A stretch of DNA of 42,209 nt from Dehalococcoidia bacterium (lineage in GTDB: Bacteria > Chloroflexota > Dehalococcoidia > DSTF01 > RBG-16-68-14). Made by a program: the position numbers and the translations under genes. The stretch is taken from NCBI GenBank assembly GCA_040882355.1, contig JBBEBM010000010.1, forward strand, positions 1 through 42,209, given 5' to 3'. Each line of letters opens with the position of its first letter. Position 1 is the first letter of the stretch. The notes below the pieces were generated by a model, which was given only the letters and a program-made list of their open reading frames with translations, made no database searches and was not told the origin of the DNA. This document shows positions 8,870 to 16,789 of the stretch, one piece after another.

Positions 8870-9196
8870 CTACGAGCGCGACCCCCGCAGGATGAGAATC
8901 GAGATGAACAGCGTCGCCAGTAGCAGCGGCAGCCGCGCGACCGCCCACGCCTCAGGCGAAAGCTGGCCGGGCAGGACGCCTCGTTGCCACCAGAAAAGCC
9001 CCTGCGAGAAGACCGCCTCGATCACCGCCGCGGCGCTGACAAGTACGAGGGCCAGCGCGCCCACGCGCCGCCCGCGCGACCCGTTCCGCCGCCACCAGTA
9101 CCCTGCGAAGTACGCTGCGTTCAGCAACCCGCAGCCCGCAGTCGCCAGGTCCTGCGCCACCACCAGCCCCGTTCCGTTCACGCTGTTGCCTCTCAT
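8870..9196 (-). CDS. Small membrane protein with three predicted TM helices; first gene of the terminase operon
   Basis: Hydrophobic segments GCGLLNAAYFAGYWW, VGALALVLVSAAAVIEAVF, LPLLLATLFISILIL; start ATG 9196 or GTG 9181 (GAGAGG RBS); the ORF-track TTG at 9256 is the -35 hexamer. Confidence 0.65.
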   Translation of the reverse strand: MRGNSVNGTGLVVAQDLATAGCGLLNAAYFAGYWWRRNGSRGRRVGALALVLVSAAAVIEAVFSQGLFWWQRGVLPGQLSPEAWAVARLPLLLATLFISILILRGSRS

Positions 9197-9227
9197 CGCG
9201 CGCTGTCCGCTCAGGTCTTTCTCGTGC

Positions 9228-9256
9228 AGAGTAGTACATATGTTCGCCTCCGTCAA
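9228..9256 (-). promoter_or_regulatory. Sigma70-type promoter with LexA-type SOS box for the terminase operon
   Basis: Minus strand: TTGACG (9256-9251), 17-nt spacer, TACTCT (9233-9228); the spacer contains CGAAC-ATAT-GTAC (9246-9234), close to GAAC-N4-GTTC. Confidence 0.75.
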
Positions 9257-9348
9257 GACCGCCTAGGCATACCCGCCGAATTGTTGCCAAGATGGGCATT
9301 GCCCTACGTAGATCGCCCTCGCCCTGCCGATGCTACAGGTGGAGGTTC

Positions 9349-9540
9349 ATGAGAGACATGGCTACCGCATCCCGCAAGCACACTCGCATAGACCAGCTCG
9401 ACGAAGGGGAGTGGCTCCACCGCCTGCTCGCGCCCACCCACGAGCGCGTCGCGACGCACCCCAGTCCGCAGGCCATCGAACGCATTCGCGCCCGCCTGCT
9501 TCGCGAGATCGTCAAGACGCCCGCGCGCAAGGCTGCGTAG
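9349..9540 (+). CDS. Small hypothetical protein (63 aa), divergent from the terminase operon
   Basis: GGAGG RBS at 9341-9345 before ATG 9349 (alternative ATG 9358); host-like codon usage; followed by a hairpin. Confidence 0.55.
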   Translation: MRDMATASRKHTRIDQLDEGEWLHRLLAPTHERVATHPSPQAIERIRARLLREIVKTPARKAA

Positions 9541-9561
9541 CGACCAAACGAGCGCACACAT

Positions 9562-9595
9562 CGAATGGGCGTGGCACGAGAGCCTCGCCCTTTCG
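9562..9595. terminator. Imperfect hairpin between convergent genes
   Basis: CGAATGGGCGTGGC-ACGAGA-GCCTCGCCCTTTCG, two mismatches. Confidence 0.4.
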
Positions 9596-9620
9596 CTATT
9601 CCCGTGCTGTCGGCCAGGTA

Positions 9621-9833
9621 CTATTCGCTAAGCAGCCCCTGCTCGCTCAGGAAGGCACGCAGCTCATCCGGCGTGCCGAACACGCGCGAGCCGATCGCGT
9701 CCAGGACGTCGACTACGTCATCCGGAGCATCGCTGTCGAACGCGCGGTCCACCACGTCGCCGCGCTCCACTCGCCCGCTCGCGCCGTAGGCGGCGCTCAC
9801 GTACTCCTCAATCTGCTCCCACGATACTGCCAT
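9621..9833 (-). CDS. Small acidic protein, DUF2795-like
   Basis: 70 aa; DAPDDVVDVLDAI..RVFGTPDEL pattern; AAGGAGAGG RBS. Confidence 0.6.
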   Translation of the reverse strand: MAVSWEQIEEYVSAAYGASGRVERGDVVDRAFDSDAPDDVVDVLDAIGSRVFGTPDELRAFLSEQGLLSE

Positions 9834-9870
9834 GCCTCTCCCTTCTCCCGTTCGTTCTCGGTTCCAGGTT

Positions 9871-10455
9871 CTACGTTCGCTGCGAAATCACCAGCTCGTT
9901 GCGCGCCGCCACCGTGTCCGGATGGAGCGGCCAGCCCCGCTCCACCGCCCGCTCGACCTGTCGGTCCAGGATGCGCAGCATCGCCGCCTCCAGGCTCTCA
10001 TCCGCTAGCCGGCGAGCCTCAGCCAGCGCCGGGTCATCGCGCGCCTTCTCCGGCTCGATCTTGTCCGCGACGAAGATCAGCCGCTCCAGCGCGCTCATGC
10101 CGGCGCGGCCTGTCGTGTGATAGCTCGCTGCCGCCAGCACCTCCTCGTCGGCGACGCCGTAGCGCTCGGCCATGATCCGGGCGCTGAGCCTGCCGTGGAG
10201 CAGGACCGGCTCCGAACGCTCAACCTCCGAAGGCGCCAGGCCCGCCGCCTCCGCGTCCCGCACTAGATCGGCTGGCCGATGCCCGCGCGTCAGGTCGTGA
10301 CCCAGCGCCGCGATGACCGCCCGTTGCTCATCGATGCCGTGCCGGTCGGCCAGACGCTTCGCCTCGGTAACCACGCGCTGCACGTGCTCGCGCAGGCCGC
10401 GCGGCAGCTCCGCCACGGCTTGCTCCAACGCCGCGCGCGCGTCAGTCGTCGTCAT
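9871..10455 (-). CDS. yqeK: HD-domain symmetrical Ap4A hydrolase (YqeK family)
   Basis: EHVQRV, ALGHD, LLHG.LSA, YHTTG..GMS.LERLIFVADKIEP; ATGA overlap with the upstream gene. Confidence 0.85.
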   Translation of the reverse strand: MTTTDARAALEQAVAELPRGLREHVQRVVTEAKRLADRHGIDEQRAVIAALGHDLTRGHRPADLVRDAEAAGLAPSEVERSEPVLLHGRLSARIMAERYGVADEEVLAAASYHTTGRAGMSALERLIFVADKIEPEKARDDPALAEARRLADESLEAAMLRILDRQVERAVERGWPLHPDTVAARNELVISQRT

Positions 10456-11609
10456 CGTTCGAACCACAGCTCGTAGACGTGCTCACCGCGGCGAAGCACG
10501 TAGCGCCCATCGACAGCCTGCGGCAGCGCCCCAAGGGCCTCGCCGGCCGCGGGCCGGACGCGCACGCGCAGGTCGCGCACATCCGGCCGCCCCTCAACAC
10601 GCCAGCGTTCGAGGGCGTCCTTCAGGAAATCGAGCGCTTCGCCTGTACCGAACAGAGGCACGTTGCCGCGCTTCGGGCGTTCCCAGCCCAGCGCGACCGC
10701 CGACTCCGGCGAGACGAGCATCAGGAAGGCCGATTCTGCTCCGATCGGCCGGCGCAGAAGCTGGAGCATCGGCCGGCCCTGCAGGGCCAGGTAGTAGAGC
10801 GGGCCGGTGCGCCGGTCCCGGCGGCGCGGAAACCGGAAGCGCACGTGCCGCTCTTGCACCAGGAGACGCGCCACGGCGGCCTTCATCGACTCGTCCACTT
10901 CGCAGTCCGCCCAGACCCCGAGGTCGGGCCCGACCCTGCCGGCGTGCAGCCGGCCGAATTCGCCGCGCATCGGCATGAAGCCGCACTCGCACGTTCGCTC
11001 GCTCACGAGGCACTCGCCCTGTTTTCGAAGCGCGAGAGCGACGTGGACGCCGTTCAGCCGGAAGGGCATGACGAGCACTCCGCCCTCGACAAGCTGGTCG
11101 AGCCACGGCTGCGGGATCTGCCAGCAGCTCGCCGTGGCGATGATCCGGTCATAGGGCGCGTTCTGCCCGTAGGCGAAGCCGCCGTCGCCCGTCACGACCT
11201 GAACGCCCTCGTAGCCCGCCGAGCGCAGGTGCTCCTCGGCGCCCTTCGCCGTCTCGTCGTCGATGTCGATGGTGGTGACGTGGCCGTCTGACCCCACGAG
11301 CTGCGAAAGCAACGCTGCGTTGTATCCCGTGCCCGCGCCGATCTCCAGCACGCGCTGGCCGCGCTTCAGCTCGAGCTGCTCCAGCATGACCGCCATGATC
11401 GAGGGCTGGCTGGACGAGCTCACGCCGATGCCGTCGATCTGCTTCGTGACCAGAGCCCGGTCCGCGTAGACGTCGGGAAGCGGCTGCTCGGGCACAAAGA
11501 TGTGGCGCGGCACCGTCGCGAACGCCTCGCAGACCTGCTCGCTGCGCACAACCCCACGCCGGCGCAGGTCGTCGACAAGCTGTTTGCGGAGAGCTTCGGC
11601 TTCGGTCAT
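10452..11609 (-). CDS. Protein-L-isoaspartate O-methyltransferase-like protein, long form with C-terminal extension
   Basis: AFATVPRHIFV, SSSSQPSIMAVMLEQL, VLEIGAGTGYNAALL, APYDRIIATA, WLDQLVEGGVLVMP, CGFMPMRG. Confidence 0.8.
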   Translation of the reverse strand: MTEAEALRKQLVDDLRRRGVVRSEQVCEAFATVPRHIFVPEQPLPDVYADRALVTKQIDGIGVSSSSQPSIMAVMLEQLELKRGQRVLEIGAGTGYNAALLSQLVGSDGHVTTIDIDDETAKGAEEHLRSAGYEGVQVVTGDGGFAYGQNAPYDRIIATASCWQIPQPWLDQLVEGGVLVMPFRLNGVHVALALRKQGECLVSERTCECGFMPMRGEFGRLHAGRVGPDLGVWADCEVDESMKAAVARLLVQERHVRFRFPRRRDRRTGPLYYLALQGRPMLQLLRRPIGAESAFLMLVSPESAVALGWERPKRGNVPLFGTGEALDFLKDALERWRVEGRPDVRDLRVRVRPAAGEALGALPQAVDGRYVLRRGEHVYELWFER

Positions 11610-11627
11610 CGCTCCAGGCATGATACA

Positions 11628-11652
11628 ACGGCCCCTCTCCGCGAGGGGCCGT
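11628..11652 (-). terminator. Hairpin after htpX
   Basis: ACGGCCCCTC-TCCGC-GAGGGGCCGT, 10-bp stem. Confidence 0.55.
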
Positions 11653-11679
11653 ATGACAGTAGCGTCCGTGGGTTCGATC

Positions 11680-12537
11680 TTACGCGCGGCCGTACGCCAT
11701 CGCGCGCAAGCGCCGCACGCGCTCCTCGATCGGCGGGTGAGTGCTGAACAGGTTCGCCAGGCCGCCGGCATTGAACGGATGGACAATGTACAGGTGCGCC
11801 GTGGACTCCGCCATCGGCGTCGGCGCCATCGGCCGCGCCTGCACGCCCGCGTGGAGCTTCTCGAGCGCGCTCGCCAGCGCTTCCGGGTCGTGCGTGTACT
11901 CCGCGCCCGAAGCGTCGGCCTGAAGCTCGCGTGTGCGCGAGATGCCCGCCTGGATCAGCCCCGCCGCGAGCGGCGCCAGCAGAAACGCAAGCAGCGCGAT
12001 CAGACCGCCGTACGGGTTGTCGCGGTCGCGCCCACCGAACGCTCCCCCGAACCACAGGCTCATCCACGCCAGCATGCTGATCGCGCCAGCCAGCGTCGCG
12101 ACGATCGAGCTCGTGAGAATATCGCGGTTCTTCACGTGGCCAAGCTCGTGGCCCAGCACTCCCCGCAGCTCACGCTCGTCCAGCAGGCGGAGGATGCCGG
12201 TCGTGGCGGCCACCGCCGCGTGCTCCGGGTTGCGCCCGGTCGCGAAGGCATTCGGCGTGTCGTTCTCGACAATGTAGACGCGCGGCTTCGGCACGTTCGC
12301 CAGCGACGCGACCTCGTCGACGATCGCGTGGAGCTTGGGCGCCTCCTCCACGGAGACCTCTCGCGCCCCCGCCATCCGCAGCGCCAGCTTGTCCGACGAC
12401 CAGTAGGCGAAGAAGTTCATCCCTGCCGCCAGCACAAACGCGATAACCACTCCTGTCGGGCCGCCCAGCACATAGCCGATTACCAGGAAGAGCCCCGTCA
12501 GCGCGCCGAGCAGCAATGCTGTTCTCAAGGCGTTCAT
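11680..12537 (-). CDS. htpX: Zinc metalloprotease HtpX
   Basis: PNAFATGRNPEHAAVA, GVLGHELGHVKNRDIL (HExxH), SRTRE..ADA.GA, LFSTHPP.EERV. Confidence 0.93.
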   Translation of the reverse strand: MNALRTALLLGALTGLFLVIGYVLGGPTGVVIAFVLAAGMNFFAYWSSDKLALRMAGAREVSVEEAPKLHAIVDEVASLANVPKPRVYIVENDTPNAFATGRNPEHAAVAATTGILRLLDERELRGVLGHELGHVKNRDILTSSIVATLAGAISMLAWMSLWFGGAFGGRDRDNPYGGLIALLAFLLAPLAAGLIQAGISRTRELQADASGAEYTHDPEALASALEKLHAGVQARPMAPTPMAESTAHLYIVHPFNAGGLANLFSTHPPIEERVRRLRAMAYGRA

Positions 12538-12611
12538 CTCGTCTGTTCACTACCTCCTTAGGGCCAGCAGGCCTCCCTTGCAGGATACCACAGCTCTCAG
12601 ACTGCGGTCGC

Positions 12612-12953
12612 CTAGCCCTCCGCGCCAAGGCGGCGCCCCCCCAGTACGTGCAGGTGGATGTGGTAGACCGTCTGACCGCCGTCGTCGCCGCAGTTGAACG
12701 CCAATCGGTAGCCGCGCTCGCCAATCCCCTCGGCGTCCGCCACGCGATTCGCAACTGTGAACAACCTGCCCAGCAGCGCCCCGTGGCCCTCGGAGAGCTC
12801 CCGAACGGTTGGGACATGTTCGTGGGGGATCACCATAAAATGGATGGGCGCGCGCGGGTTGATATCGCGAATGGCGAAGCACAGGTCGTCCTGGTGCAGC
12901 TTCTCCGCCGCCATCTCCCCTGCGGACATGCGGCAGAAGAGGCAATCCTGCAT
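12612..12953 (-). CDS. Histidine triad (HIT/Hint) nucleotide-binding protein
   Basis: MQDCLFC, DINPRAPIHF.VIP, GQTVYHIHLHVLGGR; AAGGAG RBS. Confidence 0.92.
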   Translation of the reverse strand: MQDCLFCRMSAGEMAAEKLHQDDLCFAIRDINPRAPIHFMVIPHEHVPTVRELSEGHGALLGRLFTVANRVADAEGIGERGYRLAFNCGDDGGQTVYHIHLHVLGGRRLGAEG

Positions 12954-13058
12954 CGTGCTTCTCCTTCCTTCACGATCCGCGCTCAGGCACGCGGCGCCGG
13001 CCTGGCGGCGCTTCCGGGCCGCCGTTCCGGTTCGTTCTGATTTTACTCTGTATTGGTC

Positions 13059-13088
13059 TTGACAAGTGTGAAAACGTTCGTTCATGAT
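13059..13088 (+). promoter_or_regulatory. Sigma70-type promoter with an overlapping palindromic operator
   Basis: TTGACA (13059-64), 18 nt, CATGAT (13083-88); imperfect palindrome TGAAAACGTTCGTTCA (13069-13084). Confidence 0.5.
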
Positions 13089-13137
13089 CGCTGTAACGAG
13101 AAGTTCGCTCTGGATGCCAGTGGAGGGGAGGGATCCC

Positions 13138-13488
13138 ATGGCACCGGATGCACAAGAGGGTGTTGGGCTTCCCTTTGTCGTGCATGGGGTAGCGCGCCTC
13201 CCCAAGTCCATCTGTGGCGAGTCGCCTGCCTGCCTATTGGTGGAGTTGGTATTAGACGCCGAAGACCAGCGCGTGTTAGATGTTGCCGCGATGCCTTCTT
13301 TGCCCGGATACGCCGCGCTGCTGAAGCGGGTCCTCGCCGGCTGTTCGCTCGACCGGCTGGAACAGGCTGGGGAGTCGTTCGCCGAGCGTTATCGCGGCCC
13401 GCTGCTGCGCCCCACGCTCGCCGCTGTGGCGAACGCGGCGCTCAACTGGAGGAATCAAAGGGACCAGACTACGCACGAGCTGGACTAG
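13138..13488 (+). CDS. DUF3870-like protein
   Basis: V.GVARLPK, LLVELVLD...VLD, RYRGP...TLAAV.NA pattern; GGAGG RBS before ATG 13138. Confidence 0.6.
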   Translation: MAPDAQEGVGLPFVVHGVARLPKSICGESPACLLVELVLDAEDQRVLDVAAMPSLPGYAALLKRVLAGCSLDRLEQAGESFAERYRGPLLRPTLAAVANAALNWRNQRDQTTHELD

Positions 13489-13589
13489 GGCGCTGCGACT
13501 GTTGAGCAGCCCGGGAGGGGGCGCACATCTCGAACGAAGTAGTAACCGCTGGTGAGCTCAAGCGAACAAAGCTTGAGGCGAACGGAGGC

Positions 13590-16445
13590 GTGACGCCCTG
13601 CACGTTCGCGGAGTTCTTCGAGCGCGCGCCTCTCGGCTTCGCGGTGTGGCGCCTGGATAGCCCCGACGACGCCGCGTCATTTCGCCTGCTGGCGTGCAAC
13701 GCCGCGGCCGCCCAGCTCACCGGCCTCACATCGGAGCGGCTTCATGGCAAGACCATGGGCGAGCTGCACGGGGTCATTCAGCCCGGCATCTCGAGCCTGT
13801 ACCTGGACGTCCTCCGGTCGGGCGGCGCCCGGGACCTAGGCGAGTTCGCGTCCGACGACGGATCGCGCATCTTCCTGGTAAGGGCCTTCGCACTGCCCGA
13901 CAACTGCCTGGGTGTCGCTTTCGAGGACGTCGCCGAGCGCAGACGAAGCGAGCTCGCCCTGCGCGCCAGCGAATCGATGAAGGCGGCGCTGCTGGACGCG
14001 ATCCCCGACCTCACAGTCCGCTTCCGCAAGGATGGCGAGATACTCGACGCCAGGCATGGCAGAGAGTCGCTCGGCTTCCTTCCCGCCTCCAGTCTTGTCG
14101 GGAGCAACGGCTTCGAGCTCGCGCCTCCCGGCGCCGCTGAGACGATGAAGCGGCACGTGCAGGCCGCGCTCGAAAGCGGCAACGTCCAGACGTACGAGTA
14201 CGCCGTATCGGTGGACGGACGCACCCTCTATCGAGAGGTCCGCGTGGCGCCGGCCGGCCCGGACGAGGTCCTGGCGATCTTTCGGGATATTACGGGGCGC
14301 AAGCGATCTGAAGAGGCGCTCCGCGCGAGCGAGGAGCGCTTTCGCATGCTCGCCGAGAATGCTCAGGACATCGTCTTCCGATTTCGGCTGACGGAACCCC
14401 GGGGCTACGAGTACGTCAGCCCTGCCGTTACCGCGATGAGCGGTTACGCGCCTGAGCAGTATTATGCCGATCCCGAGTTCGCCGTAAAGCACATCCACGC
14501 TGACGACCTGCCGCGTTTTCGCGACATGGTCGAACATGGCCACACAGGCTCCATGGAGCTGCGCTGGGTCCGGAGCGATGGCAGTGTGATCTGGACCGAA
14601 CAGCGCAACACACCGATCTACGACGATACCGGCGCCGCGATCGCTGTCGAGGGCATCGTCCGCGATGTCACAGAGCGCAAGCGCGCGGAGGAGGAACTCC
14701 GTCAAAGCGAGGAGCGCTTCCGGTTGCTCGCCGAGAACGCCCAGGACATCATCTTCCGGCTCCGCCTGGTCGAACCGATCGGGTTTGAGTACGTAAGCCC
14801 GGCCATGGCCACCCTGACCGGCTACAGCCCTGAGGAGTGCTATCGCGACCCAAACTTCGCCGCGACCATCGTCCACCCGGACGATCAGGCCGCCTACCGG
14901 CGCATGATCTGGGAACGACAGACGGGCAGGATTGAGCTTCGTTGGGTCCGCAAGGACGGCTCCGTCATCTATATCGAGCAACGCAGCACGCCGGTCTATG
15001 ACAGCCGCGGCCGCACCGTCGCCATCGAGGGCGTCGTGCGCAACATTACGGACCGCGTCAGGGCCGAGGAGACGCTCCGAGAGAGCGAAGAGCGCTTCCG
15101 CCTGCTGGCGGAGAACGCGCAGGACATGATCTTCCGCTACCGGATCGCGGAACCTCGCGGCTACGAGTACGTCGGCCCGGTGGTCACCGCGATGGCCGGA
15201 TACACCCCCGACCAGTATTACGCGGACCCCGACTTCGCATCCAAAGTCATCCATCCAGACGACAGGGAGACGCTCGACAGAATGCTGGCGGAGCTGCAGG
15301 AGGCTCCGATTGAGCTGCGCTGGATCTGTAAGGACGGCTCGACGATCTGGACGGAGCAGCGCAACACCCTCATTTACGACGACGCCGGCACCCTCGTCGC
15401 GGTCGAGGGCATCCTCCGAGACGTCACCAAGCGCAAGCGGGCCGAGGAGGCCCTGCGCGCCAGCGAAGAGAGGTACCGCTTGCTGGCGGAGAACGCCCAG
15501 GACCTGATCTATCGGTACCGCGTCGCGCCCGACAGGGCATTCGACTATGTCAGTCCTTCGATCACGACACTGCTGGGGTACACGCCATCAGAGTGCTATG
15601 CCGATCCTGAGCTCTTCCGAAAGCTGGTCCACGACGAGGACCAGCCGCTGGTCCGGCAGCTCATCCTAGAAGGGCAAAGCCCGGTCATCGCTGCCCGGGC
15701 CGTGAGGAAGGACGGCAGCATCGTCTGGACCGAGCAGCGCAACGTCCCGATCTATGATGAGGAAGGCACGCTCATCGCCGTCGAAGGCATCGCCCGCGAC
15801 ATCAGCGAGCGGAAGCGCGAGGAGGAAGAGCTCCTCTACCAGGCCGGCGTTCTTGCGAATGTCCGGGACGCTGTGGTCTCTGTGGACGCCCGGTTCACGG
15901 TCCGGACCTGGAACCCGGCCGCCGAAGAACTCTACGGGTGGCAGGCGGAAGAAGTCATCGGCCAGTCAGCCGGGGAGATCTTTGGTGAACAGCTCGGTGT
16001 GCGCGATGGCGTGAACGCGCTCGGCGAGAGTGGGTCCTTTCAGGGGGAGCTCGCGGTACGTCGCAAGGACGGCGCCGTAATCGTCGTCGACGTCATCGCC
16101 GTTACCCTCCGCGACTCAGCAAGCCAGGTTACCGGGTATGTCAGCGTCGCCCGCGACATCACCGACCGCAAACGCGCCGAGGAGCAGCGCCAGGTTGCGC
16201 GCGAAGAGCTTGAGGCGAAAGTCGAAGCGCAGATCGCGCCCAGCAGTCTGTACGGACTCACGTTCCGCGAGCTCACCGTCCTGAACCTCGTCGCCGCAGG
16301 CAAGGCAGACAAGGAGATCGCCGCGGAGCTGGGCATCAGTCCGCTCACAGTGCACAAGCACCTGACCAACATCCTGAGCAAGATGAACGCGTCCTCTCGC
16401 ACGGAGGCAGGCGTGCGGGCGATTCGCGAAGGCCTCGTCGCTTAG
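13590..16445 (+). CDS. Multi-PAS (seven PAS/PAC) LuxR-family transcriptional regulator
   Basis: Repeated SEERFRLLAENAQD...RKDGS.IW.EQR...EGI.RD.T.RKR modules; C-terminal LTFRELTVLNLVAAGKADKEIAAELGISPLTVHKHLTNILSKM LuxR HTH; exact start uncertain. Confidence 0.9.
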   Translation: MTPCTFAEFFERAPLGFAVWRLDSPDDAASFRLLACNAAAAQLTGLTSERLHGKTMGELHGVIQPGISSLYLDVLRSGGARDLGEFASDDGSRIFLVRAFALPDNCLGVAFEDVAERRRSELALRASESMKAALLDAIPDLTVRFRKDGEILDARHGRESLGFLPASSLVGSNGFELAPPGAAETMKRHVQAALESGNVQTYEYAVSVDGRTLYREVRVAPAGPDEVLAIFRDITGRKRSEEALRASEERFRMLAENAQDIVFRFRLTEPRGYEYVSPAVTAMSGYAPEQYYADPEFAVKHIHADDLPRFRDMVEHGHTGSMELRWVRSDGSVIWTEQRNTPIYDDTGAAIAVEGIVRDVTERKRAEEELRQSEERFRLLAENAQDIIFRLRLVEPIGFEYVSPAMATLTGYSPEECYRDPNFAATIVHPDDQAAYRRMIWERQTGRIELRWVRKDGSVIYIEQRSTPVYDSRGRTVAIEGVVRNITDRVRAEETLRESEERFRLLAENAQDMIFRYRIAEPRGYEYVGPVVTAMAGYTPDQYYADPDFASKVIHPDDRETLDRMLAELQEAPIELRWICKDGSTIWTEQRNTLIYDDAGTLVAVEGILRDVTKRKRAEEALRASEERYRLLAENAQDLIYRYRVAPDRAFDYVSPSITTLLGYTPSECYADPELFRKLVHDEDQPLVRQLILEGQSPVIAARAVRKDGSIVWTEQRNVPIYDEEGTLIAVEGIARDISERKREEEELLYQAGVLANVRDAVVSVDARFTVRTWNPAAEELYGWQAEEVIGQSAGEIFGEQLGVRDGVNALGESGSFQGELAVRRKDGAVIVVDVIAVTLRDSASQVTGYVSVARDITDRKRAEEQRQVAREELEAKVEAQIAPSSLYGLTFRELTVLNLVAAGKADKEIAAELGISPLTVHKHLTNILSKMNASSRTEAGVRAIREGLVA

Positions 16446-16734
16446 GCGAGAAGTCATCCACGCCAAACAACAGCCCGCAAGCAGCACCTGTGCTAGCTGC
16501 GCTATTCCATTTCTTGAATAAACGCTTTCCTAGCTACTCAACAATCAGTATGGACAACGTACCCACCGAGGCGCACACTGGGGCCAGAACGGGGAGAGCA
16601 CGACGGCCAGCACCAGACGTTCAGCCACGAGGGGGGTCATGGGCTCTCATGGCCAATCCAGTACGCATCGTGCTCGTCGCCTACATTAACACTTGGCGAT
16701 CCAACCGTCAACCACCTATTCCGCTATCCGCGAC

Positions 16735-16766
16735 AGAAAGGGCCGGCATCTGTGCCAGCCCTTTCT
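16735..16766. terminator. Bidirectional-type intrinsic terminator after the acyl-CoA dehydrogenase operon
   Basis: AGAAAGGGC-C-GGCA-TCTG-TGCC-A-GCCCTTTCT, A/T-flanked on both sides. Confidence 0.65.
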
Positions 16767-16789
16767 TGGCGCTCCGAGCGCGCTCTCAG

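Noticed and set aside
1219..9256. Complete or inducible prophage
   Set aside because: No integrase, att repeats, repressor, replication, capsid or tail genes in the window, and host genes are interspersed
14334..15840. CRISPR-like or DGR-like repeats in the PAS gene and among the ACAD paralogues
   Set aside because: The repeats are in-frame protein domain duplications diverged at synonymous sites; there are no spacers, cas genes or reverse transcriptase
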